A stretch of DNA of 64,000 nucleotides from Patescibacteria group bacterium UBA5147. GTDB taxonomy: Bacteria; Patescibacteriota; Saccharimonadia; UBA4664. Below, one piece after another: positions 35,886 through 45,227 of this stretch (its first letter is position 1; each line of letters begins with the position of its first letter). The stretch spans positions 33,059-97,058 of the forward strand of contig DHXV01000001.1 in the NCBI GenBank assembly GCA_002415345.1, in the 5' to 3' direction. The translations under genes and the position numbers were made by a program. Below the pieces are notes generated by a model. The model saw only the letters and a list, made by a program, of their open reading frames with translations. It was not told the DNA's origin and ran no database searches.

Positions 35886-36362
35886 TTATTTGTCCGAATC
35901 GGTTTCGGTAGTGTTGATGTTTGGCACATCGTCGCCGGCTTCGGCGGCAGCTTCTTCGGTTGTCGAGGCCACGCGGGTCTCGTCGGTCAGAGCTTCGGCA
36001 TCGCTGGCTTCAGGGGCGTCCTCGGTACCTTCGGCGTCGGCGGCTGCCTCGGTCTCGGTTACTTCGACGGACTCTTCAACTGCGGCGACAGCCTTAGGGG
36101 CCTTAGTCTTGAGTTTGACCCAAGCAGGCAGGACGACTTTGTCGCGGGTAAGGAGTTTAACGACGGTGTTCGACGGCTGGGCACCTTGGCTCAAACGCTT
36201 CTCAGTTTCTTCGTGCTTGATAACCAACTCTTTGGTGTGCGGATTATAGTGACCAAGAATCTCCACGAATCGTCCGGTAGCCGGGCGTGAAGACTCGGCC
36301 GCAACGATGCGGTAAGTGGGGTATTTGGAGCGGCCGGTGCGGGCCAGACGGATGACTAACAA
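35886..36362 (-). CDS. rpsP: 30S ribosomal protein S16 with Ala/Glu-rich C-terminal extension
   Basis: MLVIRLARTGRSKYPTYRIV. Confidence 0.9.
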   Translation of the reverse strand: MLVIRLARTGRSKYPTYRIVAAESSRPATGRFVEILGHYNPHTKELVIKHEETEKRLSQGAQPSNTVVKLLTRDKVVLPAWVKLKTKAPKAVAAVEESVEVTETEAAADAEGTEDAPEASDAEALTDETRVASTTEEAAAEAGDDVPNINTTETDSDK

Positions 36363-36452
36363 ATGAATTATTCCTGACTCGGTTACAAAGTTGACAACGA
36401 ACCTGATTCTAGCTCACTTAACCCCCTTAAGTCAACCCATGCCGGGATAATG

Positions 36453-38942
36453 CTATCTGGCGGCCAGCGTAGTTGCCTCATCCAGGCGCAAGCTGAGGAG
36501 ACGCGAGACGTGATGTTGGTCCATCGTCACCCCGAACAATACTTTGGCCGACCGCATGGTCTGACGGTTATGAGTAATGACAATTAGCTGCGACTGACTT
36601 TGGAGTTCCTCCAAGATAACCGCCAAACGGCCGGAGTTAGCCTCGTCCAAGGCGGCGTCGATTTCATCGAGGACCACGAACGGGCTGGGATTGACACTCA
36701 AAATGGCCGCCAGCAAAGCCACGCCCGCCATCGCTCGTTCGCCGCCGGACAGGGCGTTCAAATTGGTCAGCCGCTTGCCTTTGGGGCTGGCCTTGATTAG
36801 AATGCCGTACTCACCTTCCTCGCCCTCCTCAATTTCCAGAGTTGCCGTCCCACCCTCGAACAGGCGGGCAAAATAGCGGCCGAAATGGTCGGACAGGCTG
36901 GCGAAATTCTCTTTGAACCGGGTGCGGATGACTTTGTCCAGCTCGGCGATCAGCTGGTCCAGGTTGCTGCGCGCATCCTCCAGATCGGTAATTTGTGCCA
37001 TCAGTTCGGATTGCCGGGCCTCGACCTCAGAATATTCGGCGGCTGTGTCGCGGACCTGCGCCTGTCGGGCTTCAAGCTCGTATTCCAATTTGGTCAACGC
37101 CTGCTCCAGGTTGCTCACCGACTCTGTGGAGGAGCATTCCGTGCGGCAGTCCAGGCTCCATGTCTTCATCTGCCCGCGCAACCGGAAACCCGACTCCTCA
37201 ACCGCGCTCGCCCGTGTTTTGAGCTGCAGGAGCTCATTCTGCACGGTGGTCAGGCGGCCGCGGGCGCGCTCAAGGCGCGCAGCCTCCTCGGCGATACGGA
37301 CGGCGGCGTCACGGTCGGAGTCGCTGCCGTCCGCCTGGGCACGGACTTGGGCCAGCGAGACCTGAAGGGCGGTAAGCTGGCCTGCGGTTGCTTTAACTCT
37401 GGCCCCCAGCTCCGCGGCCTCCTTGCGACTGGTCTCGGCCGCGGCCACGCGCCCTTCCAAAGAATCGATTTCATGATCCTGCCGAGCCAGCAGCGTCCGC
37501 AGATGGGCCTCGTCAAGCTCCAGCGAGCGTCTGGTAATCGTAAAGTTGTTCTGGTGCTCCGTGGCTGTCTCCCGGCGGCTCATGGCCGCTTCCAACAGGA
37601 CCTGCGACGCTTTGAGCCGCACCAGGAGCTCGTCCTCCCCGGTTTTGGTGGCGTGGCTCAACATACGGCCGGCCTTGTGAACCAACAGCCTTAACTGCTC
37701 CAGTTCCAGCTGTTCGTCATTAAGTCCCTGGGCAATCGTCTTAAGAAGTTGCAGGGCATGGCCGACATAGCGCTGACCGCTGCCGTCGTGGAGGGACTCG
37801 CGCAGCTCAAGGAGTTCCGATTGTGCCCCGGCGACCGCGGTACTGGCACGCTTCAAGGCTTTGTCAGCTTCCTTGGCTGCAGCGCCGTTATGGCTTAACT
37901 CACCAATGAACTCCTGCTGGGCCGCGGCGGTCTTTTCCCGCTCGCGCCTAAGTTGAGCTAGCTGGCGGGTCAGCTCCTTGCCATGTTCGGCCGACTCCCG
38001 TGCTTGGCGTTCCTCGGCGGTAAGCCGCCCCAACTCCAGCGCCCGCGCCTGCTGCTCTGTTTCAATCTCGGTAATCTTTAAGCTGGCGGCGGCCTGCTGA
38101 ACCCGAAACGCTTCAGCCGCCTTGAGCTGACCGCGTTGCAATGCGACTGCCTTGGCAATCTCGCTGGTCAGCCGGTGCGATTCAAGCGTCAGGTCGTCGG
38201 AAGCGTGGGTCACGGCCAACGATTCAGCACCCAGCGTGCGGTCAAGCGTGGCAATATAAGTCAGGCGGGCTGCTTCTAGCGAGGCTTTCAGCGCCTCAAC
38301 CGCCTTGATTGCGGTCATTCCCTGCTCCAGGGACTTTAAGCGCGGCGCCAGTTCGCCGGCGATATCGCGCAGACGGGTCAGATTGGTTGAAGTCGCGTTC
38401 AGCTGGCGCAGGCTGGCCTCACGCTTGAGCTCCGACGCCCGTATTCCGGCCGCCTCGTCAAACAACAGCTTGCGTTCGGACGGACTCGATAACAGGAACG
38501 AATCGATCATACCCTGGCCGATGACGGCGTACGTCCCAGCGCCAAAGCCGGCCTCGGCCATCTGTGTCTGGATATCCGCCAGCCGCGCGATCCGGCCACC
38601 CAACCGGTACTCCGATTCCCCGCTGCGGTACAATCGACGGCTGATTTCAACCTCAGCCAGGTCCAGGGGAAATGCCCCGTCCTGGTTGTCGAACACCAGG
38701 ACGACCTCCGCAAAGCTTGCACGCGCCCGTTTGTCGGTGCCGGCAAAAACCACCTCTTCGCGGTCGTTCAAGCGCAGTCGGCTCTTGTTCTGCTCGCCCA
38801 ACGCCCAACGGATGGCGTCGGCGATGTTGCTCTTGCCCGACCCGTTAGGCCCCACGATGGCGACTATCCCCGGCTCTAAATTAAGCACAGTTTTAGCGGC
38901 AAACGACTTGAAGCCGGTTACAGTGATGCGTTTAAGATACAT
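36453..38942 (-). CDS. smc: chromosome partition protein SMC (short form, 829 aa)
   Basis: Walker A GPNGSGKSN, C-terminal LSGGERAMAGVALL signature and Walker B. The start is ATG 38942 (MYLKRI). Confidence 0.85.
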   Translation of the reverse strand: MYLKRITVTGFKSFAAKTVLNLEPGIVAIVGPNGSGKSNIADAIRWALGEQNKSRLRLNDREEVVFAGTDKRARASFAEVVLVFDNQDGAFPLDLAEVEISRRLYRSGESEYRLGGRIARLADIQTQMAEAGFGAGTYAVIGQGMIDSFLLSSPSERKLLFDEAAGIRASELKREASLRQLNATSTNLTRLRDIAGELAPRLKSLEQGMTAIKAVEALKASLEAARLTYIATLDRTLGAESLAVTHASDDLTLESHRLTSEIAKAVALQRGQLKAAEAFRVQQAAASLKITEIETEQQARALELGRLTAEERQARESAEHGKELTRQLAQLRREREKTAAAQQEFIGELSHNGAAAKEADKALKRASTAVAGAQSELLELRESLHDGSGQRYVGHALQLLKTIAQGLNDEQLELEQLRLLVHKAGRMLSHATKTGEDELLVRLKASQVLLEAAMSRRETATEHQNNFTITRRSLELDEAHLRTLLARQDHEIDSLEGRVAAAETSRKEAAELGARVKATAGQLTALQVSLAQVRAQADGSDSDRDAAVRIAEEAARLERARGRLTTVQNELLQLKTRASAVEESGFRLRGQMKTWSLDCRTECSSTESVSNLEQALTKLEYELEARQAQVRDTAAEYSEVEARQSELMAQITDLEDARSNLDQLIAELDKVIRTRFKENFASLSDHFGRYFARLFEGGTATLEIEEGEEGEYGILIKASPKGKRLTNLNALSGGERAMAGVALLAAILSVNPSPFVVLDEIDAALDEANSGRLAVILEELQSQSQLIVITHNRQTMRSAKVLFGVTMDQHHVSRLLSLRLDEATTLAAR

Positions 38943-39001
38943 TCTCGCCAACCATTAGTAGTATTGTAGCAAACTTCCGCGAGCCCGGGGTTTGGTTTTC
39001 C

Positions 39002-39027
39002 AAAGAAAACGCCTCCCGAAGGAGGCG
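39002..39027 (-). terminator. intrinsic terminator after alpha/beta-hydrolase gene
   Basis: CGCCTCC-cgaa-GGAGGCG hairpin followed, on the minus strand, by a UUUUCUUU tract. Confidence 0.55.
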
Positions 39028-39031
39028 AGGG

Positions 39032-39688
39032 TCAAACGGCGATATGACCGTAGTTATCGTTGATGCTGATGAGGCGAAGCGCCTCGATGAGAGGCCCGTT
39101 ATAGAGCTCGCTGATATGGTTGGGATTACCATCCAGCCGCACCGTATCGATTTTATGCTCGCCTGTCACAAGGTATTCTTCAGGGCTGGCAAACAAATGG
39201 TTGCGGGCATCATCGACGTGCGCCGAATGATAGGGATGGATCATCAGGTCATGTCGCAGGTAGATGGAATCCAGCCGAGGCGCAACCTCAGGCAACCTCG
39301 CCAGATATGCCTTCATGTAGGCGCTTTCCGGCCGCATGTCCCACAATGGCGGGATAAAATTAGCCAGAACGGTGCCATGATGCGCCGTGCTTATCGTTAT
39401 GACCCGCTCGACGTTGGGCCGGTCCAATGCGAGCCGAACGGCGTGAAGTCCCCCCTGTGACTGGCCGACGAGCGTGAGCGGCTGGTCAGGTGCAATTCGA
39501 CTGTCCAGCCACCTGGCCAAGGCTTGATAGGTCTCCTCCAAGCTTGCCAACCCGGTTTTCGGAAGCGTCTTGACGATCGCTTCTTTCCAAGCCTTGGTTA
39601 ACCCCCAGTTGAGCAAGGGGCCAAGTACCGGCGGCATTAATGTTCCGCAAAAGAAAACGGTAATCGGTATCATTGCCACCACCTCCAA
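39032..39688 (-). CDS. alpha/beta-hydrolase fold protein
   Basis: 218 aa with a GQSQGG nucleophile elbow. Confidence 0.6.
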   Translation of the reverse strand: MEVVAMIPITVFFCGTLMPPVLGPLLNWGLTKAWKEAIVKTLPKTGLASLEETYQALARWLDSRIAPDQPLTLVGQSQGGLHAVRLALDRPNVERVITISTAHHGTVLANFIPPLWDMRPESAYMKAYLARLPEVAPRLDSIYLRHDLMIHPYHSAHVDDARNHLFASPEEYLVTGEHKIDTVRLDGNPNHISELYNGPLIEALRLISINDNYGHIAV

Positions 39689-39754
39689 ATTGGAAAAGGG
39701 CTACTATTGAATCCGTTATAGCATAAGCGTAATCAGCTGTATATATGGTGACGT

Positions 39755-40462
39755 TTAGCTGACGGGTTTTTCAGATTTAGCTCGGATATTTTCGAGCGCT
39801 AGTCCGGCAGCTTCCTGCTGTGCCGCCTGTTTGCTGGCACCGTTGCCCTTGCCGAACAGTTTATCGCCGACGTACACGCCGATGGTAAAGATTTTGTCGT
39901 GGTCGGGGCCGGCTTCTTCGAGCACTTTGTAGTTGGGTGTCAGGCCGAACTGTTCCTGCGCCAGCTCCTGGAACTTGCTTTTGGGGTCCATCCAAGTGCC
40001 GCTCGCCAGGATTTCCGGCAAGGTTGAGATTATCTGCTGAGTAATGAACATCTTAGCCATGTCATAACCCTGATCGAGATAAATTGCGCCGATAATAGCC
40101 TCGGTGGCGTTGGCGGAAATAAGCGCGTGCGAGCGGGCGTTGCCTTTGGCTTCGCCGCGGCTCAGCTTAAAGTATGTGGAAATCTCCAGCTTCTCGGCGA
40201 CGGAGGCTAGGCTTTCGGTTTTAACCAGCGCCGAGCGCCAGTTTGTGAGGTCGCCTTCGGGGTTCGGATAGGTGCGGTAGAGAAAGTCGGTTACAACCAA
40301 CTCCAATACGGCATCACCCAAAAACTCCAGGCGCTCGTTGTGTTCGAGGCCCAATTTAGGGTGTTCGTTTAAATACGAGCGGTGGATGAAGGCGCGCTCA
40401 AGCAGCGTGATGTCTTTGAACTGGACACCGATGAGCTTTTGAAAATCTTGTAATGAATTCAT
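39755..40462 (-). CDS. rnc: ribonuclease III
   Basis: ERLEFLGDAVL signature and a C-terminal dsRBD. Confidence 0.9.
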   Translation of the reverse strand: MNSLQDFQKLIGVQFKDITLLERAFIHRSYLNEHPKLGLEHNERLEFLGDAVLELVVTDFLYRTYPNPEGDLTNWRSALVKTESLASVAEKLEISTYFKLSRGEAKGNARSHALISANATEAIIGAIYLDQGYDMAKMFITQQIISTLPEILASGTWMDPKSKFQELAQEQFGLTPNYKVLEEAGPDHDKIFTIGVYVGDKLFGKGNGASKQAAQQEAAGLALENIRAKSEKPVS

Positions 40463-40474
40463 ATTTCTTGATTG

Positions 40475-40990
40475 TTATGTTAATACGTTCCGGGACTGGT
40501 TACCATGGATCTTTTCCAGCGCGATGCGAAAGAGCCGCTCGGTATCACGGTATTCGATGAGTGTCAGCGCCTCTTCCTCGGGAAACCATTTGGCATCGAC
40601 GATACCTTCGGAGTCTTCGGGGATCACGGCGTCGGTGTTGCCGACGGCCTCCATCAGGAAGACGTAGGTCGTCATAAAGATCAGCTTGCCTTCCTTGCGG
40701 TAGAAGAAATGCAGCTTATCAAGTTTTTCCCCCATGACAAATTCTGTCAGGCCGGTTTCCTCAGCAACTTCACGAACGGCCGTTTGCTCCAGGCTTTCGC
40801 CCGTCTCAACGTGACCTTTAGGGATGGTCCATCGGCCCATAAGATCCTGGATCATGAGGATATCGGCGGTGTCACCGTTGCGCCGGAATACGACGCCGCC
40901 CGCAGTATATTCGCGGACGGCCCGGCCGGCACCACCGCGCTTGGCTTTATTCTGTCGGTTTTTGGACCGACGGTTCTTCTTCTGGTTCAT
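40475..40990 (-). CDS. NUDIX hydrolase
   Basis: Nudix box [23 protein letters not shown]. The start is ambiguous (40990 or 41059), and either choice overlaps the nusB 3' end. Confidence 0.65.
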   Translation of the reverse strand: MNQKKNRRSKNRQNKAKRGGAGRAVREYTAGGVVFRRNGDTADILMIQDLMGRWTIPKGHVETGESLEQTAVREVAEETGLTEFVMGEKLDKLHFFYRKEGKLIFMTTYVFLMEAVGNTDAVIPEDSEGIVDAKWFPEEEALTLIEYRDTERLFRIALEKIHGNQSRNVLT

Positions 40991-41414
40991 AGAAATCACT
41001 GTTCCGGTAGATGGTGCCAAGGACACCGTTGATAAACTTACTGGAGTTTTCGCCGCCAAATGTCTTAGCGAGTTCTACCGCCTCGTTAATGGCCACCTTC
41101 GGCGGCACGTCACGCTTGATCGTCAATTCATAAACGCCGATGCGCAGGATGATCTTGTCGATTTTGGCGATCTGCTCGACCGGCCATTCCGGCGCGGCCG
41201 GGGCGATGACGGCATCAATGTCTTGACGGTTGGAGTTAACGCCTTCGACGATATCCTCGACGAAATTGGTGTCATCGATGCTGGAACGAAACTCGTTCAA
41301 GTTCCGTTCTAGGATCGGTGGCAATTCCAAACTGGCATCGCTGCCACCTCTGAAATCATGCTCGTACAAGGTCTGCATAGCGACGATTCGGCCAAGGTGA
41401 CGGTTTGATGCCAT
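40947..41414 (-). CDS. nusB: transcription antitermination factor NusB
   Basis: 155-aa ORF, NusB fold pattern (..AMQTLYE..). Confidence 0.8.
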   Translation of the reverse strand: MASNRHLGRIVAMQTLYEHDFRGGSDASLELPPILERNLNEFRSSIDDTNFVEDIVEGVNSNRQDIDAVIAPAAPEWPVEQIAKIDKIILRIGVYELTIKRDVPPKVAINEAVELAKTFGGENSSKFINGVLGTIYRNSDFYEPEEEPSVQKPTE

Positions 41415-41420
41415 AGGGAG

Positions 41421-41591
41421 TTAGGCCTTCTTCTTATTAAGGTTGAGCAATCCCATTTCGGCGGCTCGCTTGAGGCGGCGAGGAATCAGCTGTCCATCGG
41501 GGCCAGCAATCAGCTGAGGGGCCTTGAGTGCCAGGTGCGAACGGCGCTGACCCTGGGTACTGGCGGTAGTGCGTTTTTTAGGTACGGCCAC
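41421..41591 (-). CDS. rpmF: 50S ribosomal protein L32 (not in ORF track, 56 aa, GTG start)
   Basis: Translation MAVPKKRTTASTQGQRRSHLALKAPQLIAGPDGQLIPRRLKRAAEMGLLNLNKKKA. The canonical L32 N-terminus MAVPKKRTS..R..RRSH is present, and yceD lies immediately upstream. Confidence 0.7.
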   Translation of the reverse strand: MAVPKKRTTASTQGQRRSHLALKAPQLIAGPDGQLIPRRLKRAAEMGLLNLNKKKA

Positions 41592-41593
41592 TA

Positions 41594-42055
41594 TTATGGT
41601 CCTTTCGTTATACGGGCGTTGGTGCCGAGGCTATGGTCCGGTCCGTCGCTGATAAGGTTCCGAGGGGCGTCTTCGACTCCGGGGCAGTCGCGGCGGCAGA
41701 GAATCTTAATGGGCAGGTTCAGGAGAATTTCCTGCTGAAGCAACGGCGCCAGATCGATATTGTCATTTTCATCGATCAGCATCTCATCATCCACGGGCTT
41801 CTCGGTAAAGAGCTGCTCGAACCTGACATTGACGGGGCGGACAAACGAGCGCAAGCAACGATGACATTCTAATTCTATCTGGCAGGACACGCGGCCGCTG
41901 ATGATCAAACCGTTATCGAGCCGCGATATTTTCACCTCTCCGGCAACCGGTGAGATAAGCGTAACCTGGTCAAATTCAGGCCGTTCATCCGTGATGGTGA
42001 ACGTCTGGCTGTGTCCCAGTTCTTTAGCTAGAATGTCGCGAACGTTGATGTGCAT
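41594..42055 (-). CDS. yceD: YceD/DUF177 family protein
   Basis: 153 aa, C-terminal CxxC...CxxC, in the conserved yceD-rpmF arrangement. Confidence 0.8.
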   Translation of the reverse strand: MHINVRDILAKELGHSQTFTITDERPEFDQVTLISPVAGEVKISRLDNGLIISGRVSCQIELECHRCLRSFVRPVNVRFEQLFTEKPVDDEMLIDENDNIDLAPLLQQEILLNLPIKILCRRDCPGVEDAPRNLISDGPDHSLGTNARITKGP

Positions 42056-42137
42056 AGCACTCTTACCCGTGATTATACTTTGTTACCCGTGTTTTTACAA
42101 CCTGACTATGCTAGCACGCTTTGGGTACTCGAGTAAA

Positions 42138-44606
42138 TTACTTAACTACAAAGTTAACCAGCTTGCGTGGCACGACGACGGTTTTGACCACCTCGCCGGC
42201 CGACAGATACTTGGCGACGTTGGACTCGGACTTGGCTGCTTCAGCCAGGTCGTCATCGGTGGAATCGGCTGCCAAGACGATGGTGGCGCGGAGCTTGCCG
42301 TTAACTTGGACCGCCACCGAGACGAGTTCGTCCTTGATGAGTTCGGGGTCGTATAACGGCCAGGCGGCGGCGTGGACGCTTCCCTCCTGCCCGAGGGTAT
42401 CGTGCCAGATTTCTTCGGTCATATGAGGCACCATGGGCGCAAGCATCAGAATCAGATATCGGATAGTTCGCTCGGCCAGATCCACGTTGTCAGGCGTTGC
42501 CAGTTTGGCCTGGTTCTTTTGCAGGAAATTAACGTACTCCATAAGTGAGCTCACCATGGTGTTGAAGCTCATGGACTGGATGTCCTCGTTGACCTTCTTG
42601 AGAGTCTTATGAGTGGCGCGGTCGACTTCAGTCGCAAAGATCCCATCAGGCGTGGCCGATTGGACGTGCTCTCCCGTTAGGGTGTCGACTAGCGTCCAAA
42701 CCCGGTACAGGAAACGCGACACGCCACTTAGGCGCTCATCACTCCAGGCGGTCTGTTCGTCGAACGGCCCCATGAACATTTCATACAGGCGGACCGCGTC
42801 GGCGCCGTAGCGCTCAATGACCCCGTCGGGATTAATGACGTTGCCGCGGCTCTTGCTCATCTTTTGCCCGTCGGGTCCCAAAACCATCCCGTGACTGCGA
42901 CGCCGGGCGTAAGGTTCGGGCGTCGGAACAAAGCCCTGGTCATAGAGGAACTTGTGCCAGAATCGCGAGTAGAGCAGGTGGAGCGTGGTGTGCTCCATCC
43001 CGCCGTTGTACAGGTCCACCGGCGTCCACTGGTCGAGCTTGGTACGGTCGGCGAAGGCCTGGTCGTTTTTGGGATCAATATAGCGCAGGTAGTACCAGCT
43101 TGAACCGGCCCAGTTGGGCATGGTATCGGTTTCGCGCTTGGCCGGGCCATCGCACTTCGGGCATTTGGTATTGACCCAGTCGGTAATGGCCGCCAGCGGC
43201 GACTCGCCGGTTTCCGTGGGTTCATAGCTATCAACCATCGGCAAAGTCACCGGCAGTTGGTCTTCCGGAACCGGAACCACGCCGCACTTCGGGCAGTGGA
43301 TCATCGGAATAGGTTCACCCCAGTAATGCTGACGACTGAAGATCCAGTCGCGCAGCTTGAATTTCTTGGCACCTTTGCCGGCGCCCTTGTCCACCAGGGT
43401 CTTGATTATTGCCTGCATGGCCTGCGTGTCGCTCAGTCCGTCGAACTCACCGGAGTTGACCAACTTTCCATGTCCGAGGGATGGCAATTCTCCGCCTTCG
43501 ATTACGCGGGTAACCGGCAGGTCAAAGGCGCCGGCAAATTCAAAGTCGCGCGGATCGTGTGCCGGGACGGCCATTATGGCCCCCGTGCCGTAGCCGCCCA
43601 AAACGTAATCGGCGACCCAGACGGGCAGGAGCTCGCCACTCAATGGGTGCACGGCCTTGATTCCGGTATCGACGCCGGTTTTGACTTTGTCTTCCTGGCG
43701 GCTCAATTCGGACTCGTTGAGGGCATGGGCTATATAGGTGGATGCTTCGCTCGATGCCTTCCAGCCGACCTTCAACCAGGAATCGGCCAGTTCCGGCGAC
43801 ACCACGATGAACGTCGCGCCGAACAAGGTATCGGGGCGGGTCGTGTAAACGTCTACATCATGCAAGTCATCATCCTGACCGGCGATGCCGCGCAGCTTAA
43901 AGGTAATCTCGGCCCCCTCGCTTCGACCGATCCAGTTGATTTGCTGGCTCGATATCCGGTCCAGATAGTCGACGGTTTTAAGGTCGTCAATGAGGCGGTC
44001 GGCGTAGGCGGTGATCTTGAGCATCCACTGTTTCATCAACTTCTTCTCAACCGGGGTCCCACAGCGTTCATGGACGCCGTTAACGACTTCCTCGTTGGCC
44101 AGGCCCGTCTTTTCAAAGGGGCACCAGTTTATCGGCATCTCTGACTGGTAAGCCAGCCCGGCTTTATGCAGTTGTAAGAATATCCACTGCGTCCAGCGGT
44201 AGTATTCGGGGTCGGTGGTGTTGACTGTCCGGTCCCAGTCAAAACTAAGCCCCAACGCCTGAAGTTGACGGGTGTAGTTGGCGATATTGGTGGTGGTTGC
44301 ATCCTGAGGCGCCACTTTGTTTTTGATGGCGTAGTTTTCCGTAGGCAGTCCGAAGGCGTCAAAGCCCATGGGGTACAAGACGTTAAAACCCTGCATTCGC
44401 TTGTGGCGCGCCATGATATCCAAGGCGGTATAGCTCCGGACGTGCCCCACGTGCAAACCCTCACCCGAAGGGTAGGGGAACTCCACCAGGTAGTAGTACT
44501 TATCTCGCGGGTCGTCATCGACGGCGCGATACAGCTTAGTCTTGTCCCAGACCTGCTGCCATTTGGACTCAATTTCTGATGGCTGGTAGCGTTTCATATC
44601 GGTCAA
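42138..44606 (-). CDS. leuS: leucine--tRNA ligase
   Basis: 822 aa with HVGHVRSY (HIGH) and KMSKS motifs. Confidence 0.95.
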   Translation of the reverse strand: MTDMKRYQPSEIESKWQQVWDKTKLYRAVDDDPRDKYYYLVEFPYPSGEGLHVGHVRSYTALDIMARHKRMQGFNVLYPMGFDAFGLPTENYAIKNKVAPQDATTTNIANYTRQLQALGLSFDWDRTVNTTDPEYYRWTQWIFLQLHKAGLAYQSEMPINWCPFEKTGLANEEVVNGVHERCGTPVEKKLMKQWMLKITAYADRLIDDLKTVDYLDRISSQQINWIGRSEGAEITFKLRGIAGQDDDLHDVDVYTTRPDTLFGATFIVVSPELADSWLKVGWKASSEASTYIAHALNESELSRQEDKVKTGVDTGIKAVHPLSGELLPVWVADYVLGGYGTGAIMAVPAHDPRDFEFAGAFDLPVTRVIEGGELPSLGHGKLVNSGEFDGLSDTQAMQAIIKTLVDKGAGKGAKKFKLRDWIFSRQHYWGEPIPMIHCPKCGVVPVPEDQLPVTLPMVDSYEPTETGESPLAAITDWVNTKCPKCDGPAKRETDTMPNWAGSSWYYLRYIDPKNDQAFADRTKLDQWTPVDLYNGGMEHTTLHLLYSRFWHKFLYDQGFVPTPEPYARRRSHGMVLGPDGQKMSKSRGNVINPDGVIERYGADAVRLYEMFMGPFDEQTAWSDERLSGVSRFLYRVWTLVDTLTGEHVQSATPDGIFATEVDRATHKTLKKVNEDIQSMSFNTMVSSLMEYVNFLQKNQAKLATPDNVDLAERTIRYLILMLAPMVPHMTEEIWHDTLGQEGSVHAAAWPLYDPELIKDELVSVAVQVNGKLRATIVLAADSTDDDLAEAAKSESNVAKYLSAGEVVKTVVVPRKLVNFVVK

Positions 44607-45218
44607 TTATAGCGAGGGTGCGGAGTTATTGCGAGTGGGCAGCACAACGCTGGCCGCACCGACCGGACTGAGGTTGCGCCTAATCTCCTCGATTGAGTAA
44701 AACCGGCGCTCGTTACGCGCGTCGGGATCAATAATTTCATACTGATCGTCTTTGAGGGCGGCTAGAATTACTGCGTGCACCGATGTATTGGACGTAAAGC
44801 CCGGCTTCATCGTAACGATTACCGGCGTTCCCGAAGCCACGATAACCTCCAGCGGGAAGCTCAGCGCGTCCTGCTCAAACCAGGCGATTTCCCGTTGGCT
44901 GGAACGATATCCGGCAGTAATCGCCGCCTGCTTGTTCTGGTCGGTCATCGGGCTGGGAGCATGGATCCACCACGAAACTACGGGGATATGGTAGCTACTA
45001 CGCAAATCCTGCGACAAACGCGCCCGCAGCCAATCCCCGGAGGCATTGCGATCCCCATCCCAGTCGATATCCTTGATGAAAGTCTCAAAATCAACCTCAG
45101 GCAGGTAGCCGTAGGCATGGGCCAACATATAGAAACAGGTTGGCAGGCAGGCCTGGAGGGCGCGGGCCTCGCCGATAACGGATGCAAGATGCTGCTGATA
45201 AAGGGGCTTTACGGTCAT
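44607..45218 (-). CDS. hypothetical protein with papain-like (C39-like) Cys/His arrangement
   Basis: 203-aa ORF. QACLPTCFYMLAHAYG (candidate oxyanion Q and nucleophile C) and a later SVHAVIL (candidate His). Its stop abuts the leuS start. Confidence 0.4.
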   Translation of the reverse strand: MTVKPLYQQHLASVIGEARALQACLPTCFYMLAHAYGYLPEVDFETFIKDIDWDGDRNASGDWLRARLSQDLRSSYHIPVVSWWIHAPSPMTDQNKQAAITAGYRSSQREIAWFEQDALSFPLEVIVASGTPVIVTMKPGFTSNTSVHAVILAALKDDQYEIIDPDARNERRFYSIEEIRRNLSPVGAASVVLPTRNNSAPSL

Positions 45219-45227
45219 ATTGATTGA

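Noticed and set aside
36885-37694. 269-aa and 150-aa + strand ORFs inside smc.
   Set aside because: They are antisense to a well-supported SMC coiled-coil region. The Gln/Leu/Ala-rich artefact mirrors the coiled-coil codon bias.
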